50,899 nt of DNA from a virus (taxonomy: Duplodnaviria; Caudoviricetes). The number at the start of each line of letters is the position of its first letter. Within the stretch, counting starts at the first letter, position 1. Location of the stretch: the IMG/VR virus record IMGVR_UViG_3300021440_000032, positions 1 through 50,899 of that record. One strand, written 5' to 3'. The translations under genes and the position numbers were made by a program. This document shows, piece by piece, positions 19,248-27,183 of this stretch. The notes beneath the pieces are model-generated. The model had not been told where the DNA came from and did no database searches. It saw only the letters and a list, made by a program, of their open reading frames with translations.

Positions 19248-21310
19248 TTTGAAATCTCCTTAGATTGTTTTAACTTTTGTTGATGTAGTTCATGATTTTG
19301 TGCAAGTGATTGATTCAGTTTGGCTTGTTCGGTAACTGAATGTACTTGCTGTTTATGAAGTGCCATCGCTGCTTGGGTTTGAGCAATGTCCTGTTGGTGA
19401 GCCATATCCATTGCATGGTTCTCAGCCGCCATTTGCATTTGCTGTTCTTTACTACGAGAATCCATCTCCATCTTATGTTGTTGTAACTCAGCTTGCATAG
19501 CAATCTTCTGCGATTCAAACTGACTCTTCATCTGCATTTCTTGCAGTTTTGGATCAGGTGGTGGAGGAGGCATTTGTCCAGTTTGTTGTACTTGCTGGTT
19601 AAATAGTTTCTCGTAATTAGGTTGTTCTTGTGCTTGCAGCAGACGAGTAACAACCTCAATAGGATCTAGAATACCTACTGGTAGTAGTTCTAATAGTGCT
19701 TGTGCTTTTTGCATCTTCTCTGAAGAAGATACTGCGTTTGGATCAGCTCCAGGACAAACATCATAATCAGAATCACTGAAATCATCAGGACCAATAGCGG
19801 TATCTAGTACTGAAACATAAGTATTAGGATCTAGATAAGTTTCATTCAATTCAAAGATCTTCTTGAATTCTTTATCTAAACTTCTAAATACTCTCTTATA
19901 TACAGCAGTAAATACTTTCATACCTTGTTCTACCGAAGCCATTGTGGTAGTAGCTGGAGTATTCTGACCAGGCATTTTACCAGTAAAGATCTCAGCTACA
20001 GAAGCTAGTTCCTTACCAGCAGTGATCATTGCCTGCATTAATTTAAATAGAACTTCCGATGGTTCCTTGGTAGGAAGTGGTACGATCTGTTTGCGTAGAT
20101 CATCAGCAGTTGCATTAACTGGTTTCCATTCTCCAGGGGTGAATCGTTGATCACCCATCTTAAGACGCAATCCCTTACCAATAAAACCAGACTGTAAGTT
20201 AGATAATGTACCAGCATCTGTTAATTGGTTGATCAGGGTATTAACTGATTCGTTAATTGGTCCTAAAAGAATGCCAAAACCGAGATCGTAGAAACTGCCA
20301 TCAGGATTAGGAACAAAAGAAAATTTGGTGTAATACTGAACTGGCTTGATTGAAGTGATCTTGCCTTTTTCATTTGTTTTAATACCATCTTGTGTAAACC
20401 TCGCTACGATTCTTAGAACGGTTCCAGATTTACGATCAAACGTAACAATATAAGGCTCAGTATATCCGTCATCATCTAGATCTAAGAACGTATGCTGTTC
20501 AATTAGAGTGTAAGGAATAGCCTCATCTGTTACATTATAATTATCAATTGGAAGAGTAATAAACTGATTTGGAGATGGATCTGGAAGTTCTTCCGTTAGA
20601 AAGATCTTTTGTTTTTGTCTTTCAACCAGGATTCTCTTAGGCATCTCAATAACTTCAGAAACACGTTCAGCTTCTTCAAGAGTACGTGCCCAGTAGTTAA
20701 CTACTAAGTCCTTAGGAGAGATAAGATAAGACTTGATCTTTTCACAAGCATTATCATAATATGTCTTTTTGAATACTGTACCAATGATGGGTAGCATCAT
20801 TAGTAGTTTATCCATGTCTTCTTCCCAATCCTTCATATCATGCATTACTTGCCATGACATAAACTGAGCAATTCTGTCTGCTCGCTCCTGCTTGGTTCCA
20901 TCAGGATCTTGTCCAATGACAATACCCTTTACAACTTTACCATCAGAAGGAACTAGACTAGGGTAAGCTCTGGCAGCAAACTGCATAGCAGCAGTAGATA
21001 GAAGGGGGTATTTGATATTTGATGCTTTATTCCAAGGAAATGACTTAGGTTCACGAGTTTGCATCGCAAGTTTAAGCCAGTCATCAATATTATCTTCCCA
21101 GGTCTTTCTGGAAGCTAGGTCAGCTTCAAATTGGTATCGGCAATTAGCACCAATTTTGTGTCTTTCTTCTTTGGAGAGGGACTCTGCAATGTTTTTCGAT
21201 TGCAGAATCTTGTCAATTTCACGTTCTTGCTGTTCTTGAGCATCAGTATCATTAGTAACCGGTGAATTCTGACCTGCCTGCATCTCCATATTCGGATTCT
21301 CGTAGTTCAT
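19202..21310 (-). CDS. Portal protein
   Basis: 702 aa after TerL; FPWNKASNIKYPLL, GSFYDLGFG, Q/M-rich C-terminal barrel. Confidence 0.9.
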   Translation of the reverse strand: MNYENPNMEMQAGQNSPVTNDTDAQEQQEREIDKILQSKNIAESLSKEERHKIGANCRYQFEADLASRKTWEDNIDDWLKLAMQTREPKSFPWNKASNIKYPLLSTAAMQFAARAYPSLVPSDGKVVKGIVIGQDPDGTKQERADRIAQFMSWQVMHDMKDWEEDMDKLLMMLPIIGTVFKKTYYDNACEKIKSYLISPKDLVVNYWARTLEEAERVSEVIEMPKRILVERQKQKIFLTEELPDPSPNQFITLPIDNYNVTDEAIPYTLIEQHTFLDLDDDGYTEPYIVTFDRKSGTVLRIVARFTQDGIKTNEKGKITSIKPVQYYTKFSFVPNPDGSFYDLGFGILLGPINESVNTLINQLTDAGTLSNLQSGFIGKGLRLKMGDQRFTPGEWKPVNATADDLRKQIVPLPTKEPSEVLFKLMQAMITAGKELASVAEIFTGKMPGQNTPATTTMASVEQGMKVFTAVYKRVFRSLDKEFKKIFELNETYLDPNTYVSVLDTAIGPDDFSDSDYDVCPGADPNAVSSSEKMQKAQALLELLPVGILDPIEVVTRLLQAQEQPNYEKLFNQQVQQTGQMPPPPPDPKLQEMQMKSQFESQKIAMQAELQQHKMEMDSRSKEQQMQMAAENHAMDMAHQQDIAQTQAAMALHKQQVHSVTEQAKLNQSLAQNHELHQQKLKQSKEISKSSPSKNSKSGNNTR

Positions 21311-22748
21311 TGCGGTATTCTTCTTCCTCTTCTTCTTGTTTGGTTGGTGCTTCCACCATTTTGTCCAAAAGGAGACCTAAGTAAGCAAAAGAGTCCACTT
21401 GGTCATCATGCTTCCCACGAGGAAAAGCGCATAATTCGTCTTCAAATATCGGATACCAATCCTCATCTTTAGCGAATCTTACGGATTTTGCACGCATACG
21501 TGCTTGAATGGATCGAGCCCGACTAATCTTGTCTTTACCACCATGTTTTAGTGAGACAATCGACGGAAAACAATTCTGACGAATCATTTCTTCCCTAAGG
21601 AACGGACCGATAGCTTTAGTAACCTGCATTTCCTCAATACCGATGCATTCAGGACGATACAAACGTTCAAGCCCTAAGATTGTGTCAACAATCTCACGCC
21701 CATCTAGTCGTTCTCGAATAACTTGTTTTATATGCAAGACACGGTTTTCATCTAAACCACCAACAACAAAGGTAGAATAGTCAGCCGTATCTTCTTTGGA
21801 AATAGCTAAGTCAATACCAATATAGTAATGAAGCTTATTTCCCTTATGTTCTTTTTCTATCGCCTGGAAATCTGCTCTCTTAAAGTAAGAAACAGACTCA
21901 TCAATAGGAATATTCAGATATTCTTGTGAGTATGATTCAGGGATACCCTGATCAATATACTCCTGTCGTTTTGTAACAAACCAGTCTTTATCGAATCTGG
22001 ATGCCCATAGAATCTTTCTAAAATCGTCTGTATGAGCACGATACTTAACCGATAACCATGCTGTATTACGACGAGTGGAGTAAGTCTTTAAATCCTCTAC
22101 AACCGTCATCTTATCGTGCATGGCAGGCATAAGCCGCTCTAGCAAACTATCCGCATGAAGAATTGTACCCACGTAGCGGACAATACCATATGCAGATTTA
22201 CAAGGAACCAGAGCCGAGAAAAACCATTTACGAAACTTTTCACGTCTTTCCTTATTTAGAACAATCTCATCGTTCTCCAGGTCGTCACAGACAATCAAGT
22301 CTGGACGTTTATTATTCCATTTAAGTCCACGAACCTTCTGTTCTGAACCCTTGGCTTGAACACGGAACATATGTCCATCTTCACAACCAACAATCAAATC
22401 ATCCTCGGAATCTTTCAGGAATTCTTTAATCTTGAAAAGCATTCTTAGCTTCTCATTATCAAGCAGTTCCTTCTTGATATCTGCAAGGAATTGGACACTC
22501 TGGGCTACCGTGTCTGAGACGATAAGTACATAGGATCGCTCCCGAAATACAAGGTTTGCCAGAGTATACGCAAACGTTAATGAGGTAGATTTTGCATGGC
22601 CTCTGGGCGCACAGAGTGCAACTTGAGGGTGTGGATCACAAAAGTATTTCCACCATTCCTTATGACATTCAGGAGACTCAACTGCTCCATCGAAGTTCTT
22701 TTGGAGTAAAGAACCCACAAAACCTTCGATGATATCCGCTGTTAGCAT
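21252..22748 (-). CDS. terL: Terminase large subunit
   Basis: Walker A APRGHAKS, LIVCDDLE, nuclease IGIDLA and FPRGKHDDQVDS. Confidence 0.95.
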   Translation of the reverse strand: MLTADIIEGFVGSLLQKNFDGAVESPECHKEWWKYFCDPHPQVALCAPRGHAKSTSLTFAYTLANLVFRERSYVLIVSDTVAQSVQFLADIKKELLDNEKLRMLFKIKEFLKDSEDDLIVGCEDGHMFRVQAKGSEQKVRGLKWNNKRPDLIVCDDLENDEIVLNKERREKFRKWFFSALVPCKSAYGIVRYVGTILHADSLLERLMPAMHDKMTVVEDLKTYSTRRNTAWLSVKYRAHTDDFRKILWASRFDKDWFVTKRQEYIDQGIPESYSQEYLNIPIDESVSYFKRADFQAIEKEHKGNKLHYYIGIDLAISKEDTADYSTFVVGGLDENRVLHIKQVIRERLDGREIVDTILGLERLYRPECIGIEEMQVTKAIGPFLREEMIRQNCFPSIVSLKHGGKDKISRARSIQARMRAKSVRFAKDEDWYPIFEDELCAFPRGKHDDQVDSFAYLGLLLDKMVEAPTKQEEEEEEYRNELRESEYGDAGRSEFTGY

Positions 22749-22760
22749 TTAATCTCCTCT

Positions 22761-22835
22761 TGGAGCGGGATCAGGGAATCGAACCCTGTATAACTAGCTT
22801 GGAAGGATAGGGAGCTACCATTGCTCATATCCCGC
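22761..22835 (-). tRNA. tRNA-Gly(UCC), with non-canonical positions
   Basis: GCGGGAT/ATCCCGC acceptor, loop CTTCCAA, GGTTCGATTCC T-arm, encoded CCA. Confidence 0.85.
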
Positions 22836-22839
22836 TTAT

Positions 22840-23142
22840 TTATTTCTTAGATTCTTTACGAGAGGTCTGACTTTTGACAGTAGAGTTTGAATTACGACTG
22901 AAAGAACGATTGACAGACTTCGGCACAGCCCTGAGATTAGATCGAGAATTAGACCCACCGTTGTTAAGAGGCTTCTTATGATCGACATCCTTACCATCCC
23001 CCTTGTGGACTAAGCCCTCCTTGGATAGTTCTCTCCGAGCTGCATTCCGCTCCGCTCGGTTGTGTTTCTGTTCCGCTGTCCCTTGGTACTTCTGGTATTC
23101 CCGTTTGTAATCCCTCGTACCATCCTTCTTCGTGTAAGGCAT
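22840..23142 (-). CDS. Small HNH endonuclease (packaging-associated type)
   Basis: GDGKDVDHKKPLNNGGSNSRSNLRAV; between TerS and TerL. Confidence 0.85.
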   Translation of the reverse strand: MPYTKKDGTRDYKREYQKYQGTAEQKHNRAERNAARRELSKEGLVHKGDGKDVDHKKPLNNGGSNSRSNLRAVPKSVNRSFSRNSNSTVKSQTSRKESKK

Positions 23143-23680
23143 TCTCTTGAACCTCCGTCACATCAGTGACATCTATGATTTCTTTTTTCTTGGAACCATT
23201 GAACTTGGCAAATTCAGCAGCCAGTAGTTTCAATGTATCCGCCATTGTCTCTTGTGTTTGTAGCGCAGACTCATCCAACTTTTGCTTATCAAGTTTTTCT
23301 TGACGTTCCAACATATCATTGGTCAGCTTGGATATATCCCTTAGCGCAACTGGTTTACGAATCAATTCACCAGTTTTGTTATTCAAAACAAGATCACCAT
23401 TCTCCAGACGATCTTCGATCAATACCAAAGATTTATCTACGATCTTGGATAATTTATCCTTGGTTTCACTACGTTTTGAATTCTTGATTTCGTACTCATA
23501 CTCTTTCCACCAAGGTTTTGATTTCCAGAATCTGAGTAATTGATAACCTATACCTGTGGCACCAGCCACAATTCTCATATTTCCTGTAGCCAGATATGCT
23601 GTTACAGCAGCAATCTTCTGTTCTTCAGTATATGGATGATTAGGTTCATGCTTTTTAGTAAGGTTAGAAATTTTTAACAT
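22991..23680 (-). CDS. Terminase small subunit
   Basis: N-terminal HTH (YTEEQKIAAVTAYLATGN..TGI..LRFWK); first gene of the late arm. Confidence 0.7.
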   Translation of the reverse strand: MLKISNLTKKHEPNHPYTEEQKIAAVTAYLATGNMRIVAGATGIGYQLLRFWKSKPWWKEYEYEIKNSKRSETKDKLSKIVDKSLVLIEDRLENGDLVLNNKTGELIRKPVALRDISKLTNDMLERQEKLDKQKLDESALQTQETMADTLKLLAAEFAKFNGSKKKEIIDVTDVTEVQENALHEEGWYEGLQTGIPEVPRDSGTETQPSGAECSSERTIQGGLSPQGGW

Positions 23681-23709
23681 TTTCTACTCAGAAAGATTAA
23701 TATGCATAT

Positions 23710-23739
23710 ATTATATCATATTAATCTATTAACTTACAA
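23710..23739 (-). promoter_or_regulatory. Candidate late-arm sigma70-type promoter
   Basis: TTGTAA-18-TATAAT with extended -10 TG, about 30 nt before the TerS start. Confidence 0.55.
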
Positions 23740-23892
23740 TACTTACGTTACAGTATTTATATAATAATTGTAAATTAAATATAAAAATAGTGCGGCCGAC
23801 TACTCAGGAGGCAGAGTTCGTTAGAACACTCACAGAGCAATCGAATGATTGCGATTGCAGCATATTTCTATTTGAGCAGGATGCTCATTCTA

Positions 23893-23945
<53 letters not shown>

Positions 23946-24008
23946 TAATAATATAGTTATTAATATTATTATTTATTTTAATTATTTATTTATTATTAGG
24001 AATTTATT

Positions 24009-24323
24009 ATGTATAAATCACAATGGACTGAATTTGAAGTTCAATCATTAGCTTTTTCTATCCTTAGAAAAAATTTATATCCAGATTATTTAGTTCGTGG
24101 AGAGTATAAATTTCCTGGATGTAGAATTGATATCGCTGTTTTTAAAGCTCATAAAGATCAGGAACCAGAATTAAAATTTGTAGTAGAAATTAAAAAGAAT
24201 CCAAACGGATATACTACTTCTCAAGGAGAAAGATATACTCATCTATTAGGAGTTCCTTGCATATACATTAGAGGAGCAGATGAAGCATATAAAATAATTG
24301 AATCTATTCAAGAGTATCTTTAA
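24009..24323 (+). CDS. Small PD-(D/E)XK nuclease-like protein
   Basis: TEFEVQ..GEY..RIDIAVF..VVEIKK..Q..RY pattern. Confidence 0.65.
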   Translation: MYKSQWTEFEVQSLAFSILRKNLYPDYLVRGEYKFPGCRIDIAVFKAHKDQEPELKFVVEIKKNPNGYTTSQGERYTHLLGVPCIYIRGADEAYKIIESIQEYL

Positions 24324-24328
24324 ATATT

Positions 24329-24357
24329 AGCCTCCTTAGTTGGAGGCTTTTTTATTT
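24329..24357 (+). terminator. Rho-independent terminator
   Basis: AGCCTCC-TTAGTT-GGAGGCT then TTTTTATTT. Confidence 0.85.
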
Positions 24358-24804
24358 GTAGTGCGAGCTGCGGTAGCACGAGCTGACGTTAGAAATAAGT
24401 TCCTATAGCCCTTGTTTTTAAAAATATATTGTAGCGATACAAGGTGACTTACACAAATAAATAAATCCAAATCTTTTCCCCCACCCCCACCTCTGCATAT
24501 ATACCAATTCAAAATCAGGTATTCTAAATAAGAATAGTTCTCATTTGGAACCTAGGATAGGATGTGTTTTTTGGTTGTTATACGCACACAGAATTAATTC
24601 AACGTCCCCCCATATATACAATCTCATCAATACCCGAGGATCTTTAATACACCCCAATAGCTCTAGAACGCATTTAAACCCCTCCAGAATCGATCTAAAT
24701 AGGTAGGGTGCTACATGGGTATCAACCCACTATTTTTAATCGCTCTAAAGCCCTTTTACAGAATTGTAAGTTACAACCTGTTACACAAATAAGGGTTTAC
24801 CCTG

Positions 24805-24833
24805 ATGACACCAGGGAAGAAACCGGGCATGAT
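24805..24833 (+). promoter_or_regulatory. Candidate early promoter P1
   Basis: ATGACA-17-CATGAT, preceded by palindrome AGGGTTTACCCT. Confidence 0.4.
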
Positions 24834-24902
24834 GGGAACCATACAGAGCTAAGGCCCTGTTACCAGGGAGAAACCCCCCTAAACAGGGGATATACATCCT
24901 GG

Positions 24903-24940
24903 TGATGCTGGTGCATACTAGCGTCAATCGTTCTTTAACA
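24903..24940 (+). promoter_or_regulatory. Hairpin plus boxA-like antitermination signal
   Basis: TGATGCTGG/CTAGCGTCA stem then GTTCTTTAACA (rrn boxA consensus GCTCTTTAACA). Confidence 0.6.
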
Positions 24941-25092
24941 GTTTATCAACCTAATGCACTATGTAGTGCCATCCGTGAGGAGGGTCTAGTGTGTCTATGG
25001 AACATGTGCGACGTCAGGCCGTGCCCTATCGCATGTAGATGTGAAAGCATCCAGAGGCAGACAACACACAATACAACGTAGTAATATAATGG

Positions 25093-25121
25093 TTGACAGA
25101 CTGGAAAAGATAGCCTACACT
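25093..25121 (+). promoter_or_regulatory. Early promoter P2
   Basis: TTGACA-17-TACACT. Confidence 0.7.
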
Positions 25122-25162
25122 GTAGGCAATGGTTAGGGGCTGCAAAAGCAGAAACAAACCCC

Positions 25163-25191
25163 TTGACAACAGAGCTAGACTGTGCTCTAAT
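25163..25191 (+). promoter_or_regulatory. Early promoter P3
   Basis: TTGACA-17-TCTAAT with TG extension. Confidence 0.55.
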
Positions 25192-25199
25192 ACAGTTAA

Positions 25200-25500
25200 C
25201 GGTTCAATAGAACCTAGCGCCGGGCAATGCTGGAATATCCCCAGGGCGCAATAAAAATACTGATGGTGACGAAACCAGACCATCATACGGGTTTAGTACG
25301 TATCTGCTGACAACAGATATCATCTAATGGGACAACATTACCGGGGTTCGCAAGTGAACCACCGTTCGGTGGATAAGGTGTATCCTTTATTGAGTTAGCA
25401 CCGTTTACACTTTTGTAAACCAGAAAACTAGGATCTAGTTAGTATCGTTTACAATGGTTGTATTATTAAGCGCATCCTGTAGGTGCGCCTAAACCATGCA
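25200..25500 (+). ncRNA. Candidate structured RNA/leader with about 12 consecutive hairpins
   Basis: Back-to-back inverted repeats, no credible ORF, downstream of P3. Confidence 0.4.
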
Positions 25501-25516
25501 ACTAAGTGAGGTTAAC

Positions 25517-25633
25517 ATGCCTGATATCTATGATGTTTACAATGAAACCCACAAGGCATTCATCTGCGAATCCTTTTTCAAGGATCATCTGATGATGAAC
25601 ATCTGGTTTGGTTGGGATGATGTGCCTTATTGA
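25517..25633 (+). CDS. 38-aa first early peptide ending WDDVPY (not in ORF track)
   Basis: GAGGT RBS then ATG; MPDIYDVYNETHKAFICESFFKDHLMMNIWFGWDDVPY. Confidence 0.65.
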   Translation: MPDIYDVYNETHKAFICESFFKDHLMMNIWFGWDDVPY

Positions 25634-25705
25634 TTCCAGGTTTTACAGGGTTGTAAAAGCCCTGTAATGCGTGTAATCTCGCACGACAACAACGTAGGAT
25701 AGATC

Positions 25706-26278
25706 ATGTCTGATAAGACTGCTGATACACTTGAAAATGGTCAGATCGCTCAAGGCGAAGCATTGGCCGTTCGTTTCAATGAACACTGTCGCGATGAGGG
25801 CTCCAAGCTGATGCGCTACATGAAGGACTTGTTCGAGTTGTCTTTGCAAGGCCGTAAAGCCTTCCGAGTCAACGTTGAGCACATTCTCAAGCAGTGGCGT
25901 GCTGAAGTGAAAAACCATGAAGGCACAGACAAGGAAGAGTTGTATCAACGTATGGCCCGTAGTGCTGGCGTCCGTCTGTCTGAAGCCGTGACTATTTCCA
26001 AGGCATTTGATGCTGGATTTAATCCTGACTTTGATCTGTCTTCTACTGGTGCTATTCTGGTTAAGGTGAATGGCGAGTATGCTGGTTATCACTCGCTGGT
26101 GGGCTTCGCCCGTCAATTCCGTGATTCCCAAGCTGCCAATGGTCCCACTGCCAAGCGTGGCCGTAAGGCTAAGGATGAGCTTACCAAGGCTATGGAATAC
26201 CTCGCCAAGCTGGAGCTTGATGACGTGGCCCGTGATGCACTGGTGGCATTCCTGACCGATCCTAAGGGACAAGAGTAA
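25706..26278 (+). CDS. Early hypothetical protein (190 aa, basic KRGRKAK patch)
   Basis: RBS AGGA, codon usage like a highly expressed gene. Confidence 0.75.
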   Translation: MSDKTADTLENGQIAQGEALAVRFNEHCRDEGSKLMRYMKDLFELSLQGRKAFRVNVEHILKQWRAEVKNHEGTDKEELYQRMARSAGVRLSEAVTISKAFDAGFNPDFDLSSTGAILVKVNGEYAGYHSLVGFARQFRDSQAANGPTAKRGRKAKDELTKAMEYLAKLELDDVARDALVAFLTDPKGQE

Positions 26279-26285
26279 TCAACCC

Positions 26286-26361
26286 GGGCCGGTAACTTAT
26301 TGGTTAAAAGTAGCGGGCTCATAACCCGTTAATGAGAGTTCGATTCTCTCCCGGCCTACCA
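26286..26361 (+). tRNA. tRNA with CAU anticodon (Ile2 or Met)
   Basis: GGGCCGG/CCGGCCT acceptor, GCGGG-CTCATAA-CCCGT, GTTCGATTC T-loop, ACCA end. Confidence 0.9.
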
Positions 26362-26409
26362 ATTACAATCGTGTAATTTCTGTCAACTGTCAACAACTGG
26401 AGTTAAGTC

Positions 26410-26682
26410 ATGCAAGTTCTGCAAAACGTGGTAGAAGTGAAGGAAGAAGGTTTTCTTGCCTTGATTGGTAAGAATGTGGAAGTATTCTGTGGTATCTACA
26501 TATATGCTGGAAAACTTGTGGGTGTGAACACTACATGTATCAAGTTGGAGAATCCCCATATTGTGTATGAAACAGGTGGTTTCCTGGACAAGAAGTATAA
26601 GGATGCCCAACAAATGGGGAGGCAATTCCACTATATCTCAACTGCCTTTGTTGAGTCTTTTGGTGAAAGTCACAAACTGTGA
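26410..26682 (+). CDS. Small Sm/LSm-fold-like protein
   Basis: FLALIGKNVEVFC..YIYAGKLVGVNTTCIKLENPHIV resembles the Sm1 pattern; GGAG RBS. Confidence 0.55.
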   Translation: MQVLQNVVEVKEEGFLALIGKNVEVFCGIYIYAGKLVGVNTTCIKLENPHIVYETGGFLDKKYKDAQQMGRQFHYISTAFVESFGESHKL

Positions 26683-26870
26683 TTGGACGTAAACAACGAA
26701 GCCAGTCTGGGTCTAGGTCTGGGTCTGGGTCTAGGTCTTGGTCTTGGTCTGGGTCTGGGTCTAGGTCTGGGTCTAGGTCTAGGTCTTGGTCTTGGTCTGG
26801 GTCTGGGTCTAGGTCTAGGTCTAGGTCTAGGTCTAGGTCTGGGTCTGGGTCTGCGACCAAGACCTTTTAA
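26679..26870 (+). CDS. 63-aa RS/GS/WS dipeptide-repeat peptide
   Basis: GTG start overlapping the upstream TGA (GTGA coupling). Confidence 0.6.
   Translation: MIGRKQRSQSGSRSGSGSRSWSWSGSGSRSGSRSRSWSWSGSGSRSRSRSRSRSGSGSATKTF
26709..26852. repeat. Tandem hexamer array (NGGTCT)24
   Basis: 10 GGGTCT, 10 AGGTCT, 4 TGGTCT; 48-bp higher-order periodicity. Confidence 0.95.
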
Positions 26871-26903
26871 GTTTCAATTCTTTCAACTCATCTGGAGATT
26901 ATT

Positions 26904-27143
26904 ATGATTCGTGCAACATCTATGACCCATGCATTCGCAACTGCTGCTACTCGCAATCCCAATTGGATTGCACGTCAAGTGGAAGATCGTATCGTCCACA
27001 CGAAGGTTGGTATCGTCCGTGAAAAGGACCACATCAACGTAAGCAAGACCACAGCTCTGAAGTTGGTAGGGTCTATCATCGGCCACATCGCTGCCACCAA
27101 CAAGCAGCAACATCCCCGCGTTGTTGCGGATATCCAAGGCTGA
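26904..27143 (+). CDS. Early hypothetical protein
   Basis: GGAG RBS; tandem gene packing. Confidence 0.7.
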   Translation: MIRATSMTHAFATAATRNPNWIARQVEDRIVHTKVGIVREKDHINVSKTTALKLVGSIIGHIAATNKQQHPRVVADIQG

Positions 27144-27183
27144 TTAATTGGGCTTAGGCCCCTTAATTACAAAGGTGTAAATC

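Noticed and set aside
24802-24825. Hammerhead ribozyme (CTGATGA...GAAA)
   Set aside because: Stem II cannot form and there are no matching stems I/III; better explained as a promoter
26709-26852. CRISPR array or DGR variable repeat
   Set aside because: No spacers, no template repeat, no cas or reverse transcriptase gene
26540-26907. Alternative repeat ORFs (Gly-Leu)n on plus and (Asp-Pro/Leu/Gln)n on minus
   Set aside because: Stop-free by-products of the hexamer repeat; only the X-Ser frame has a coupled start and fits gene packing, though this is not proven
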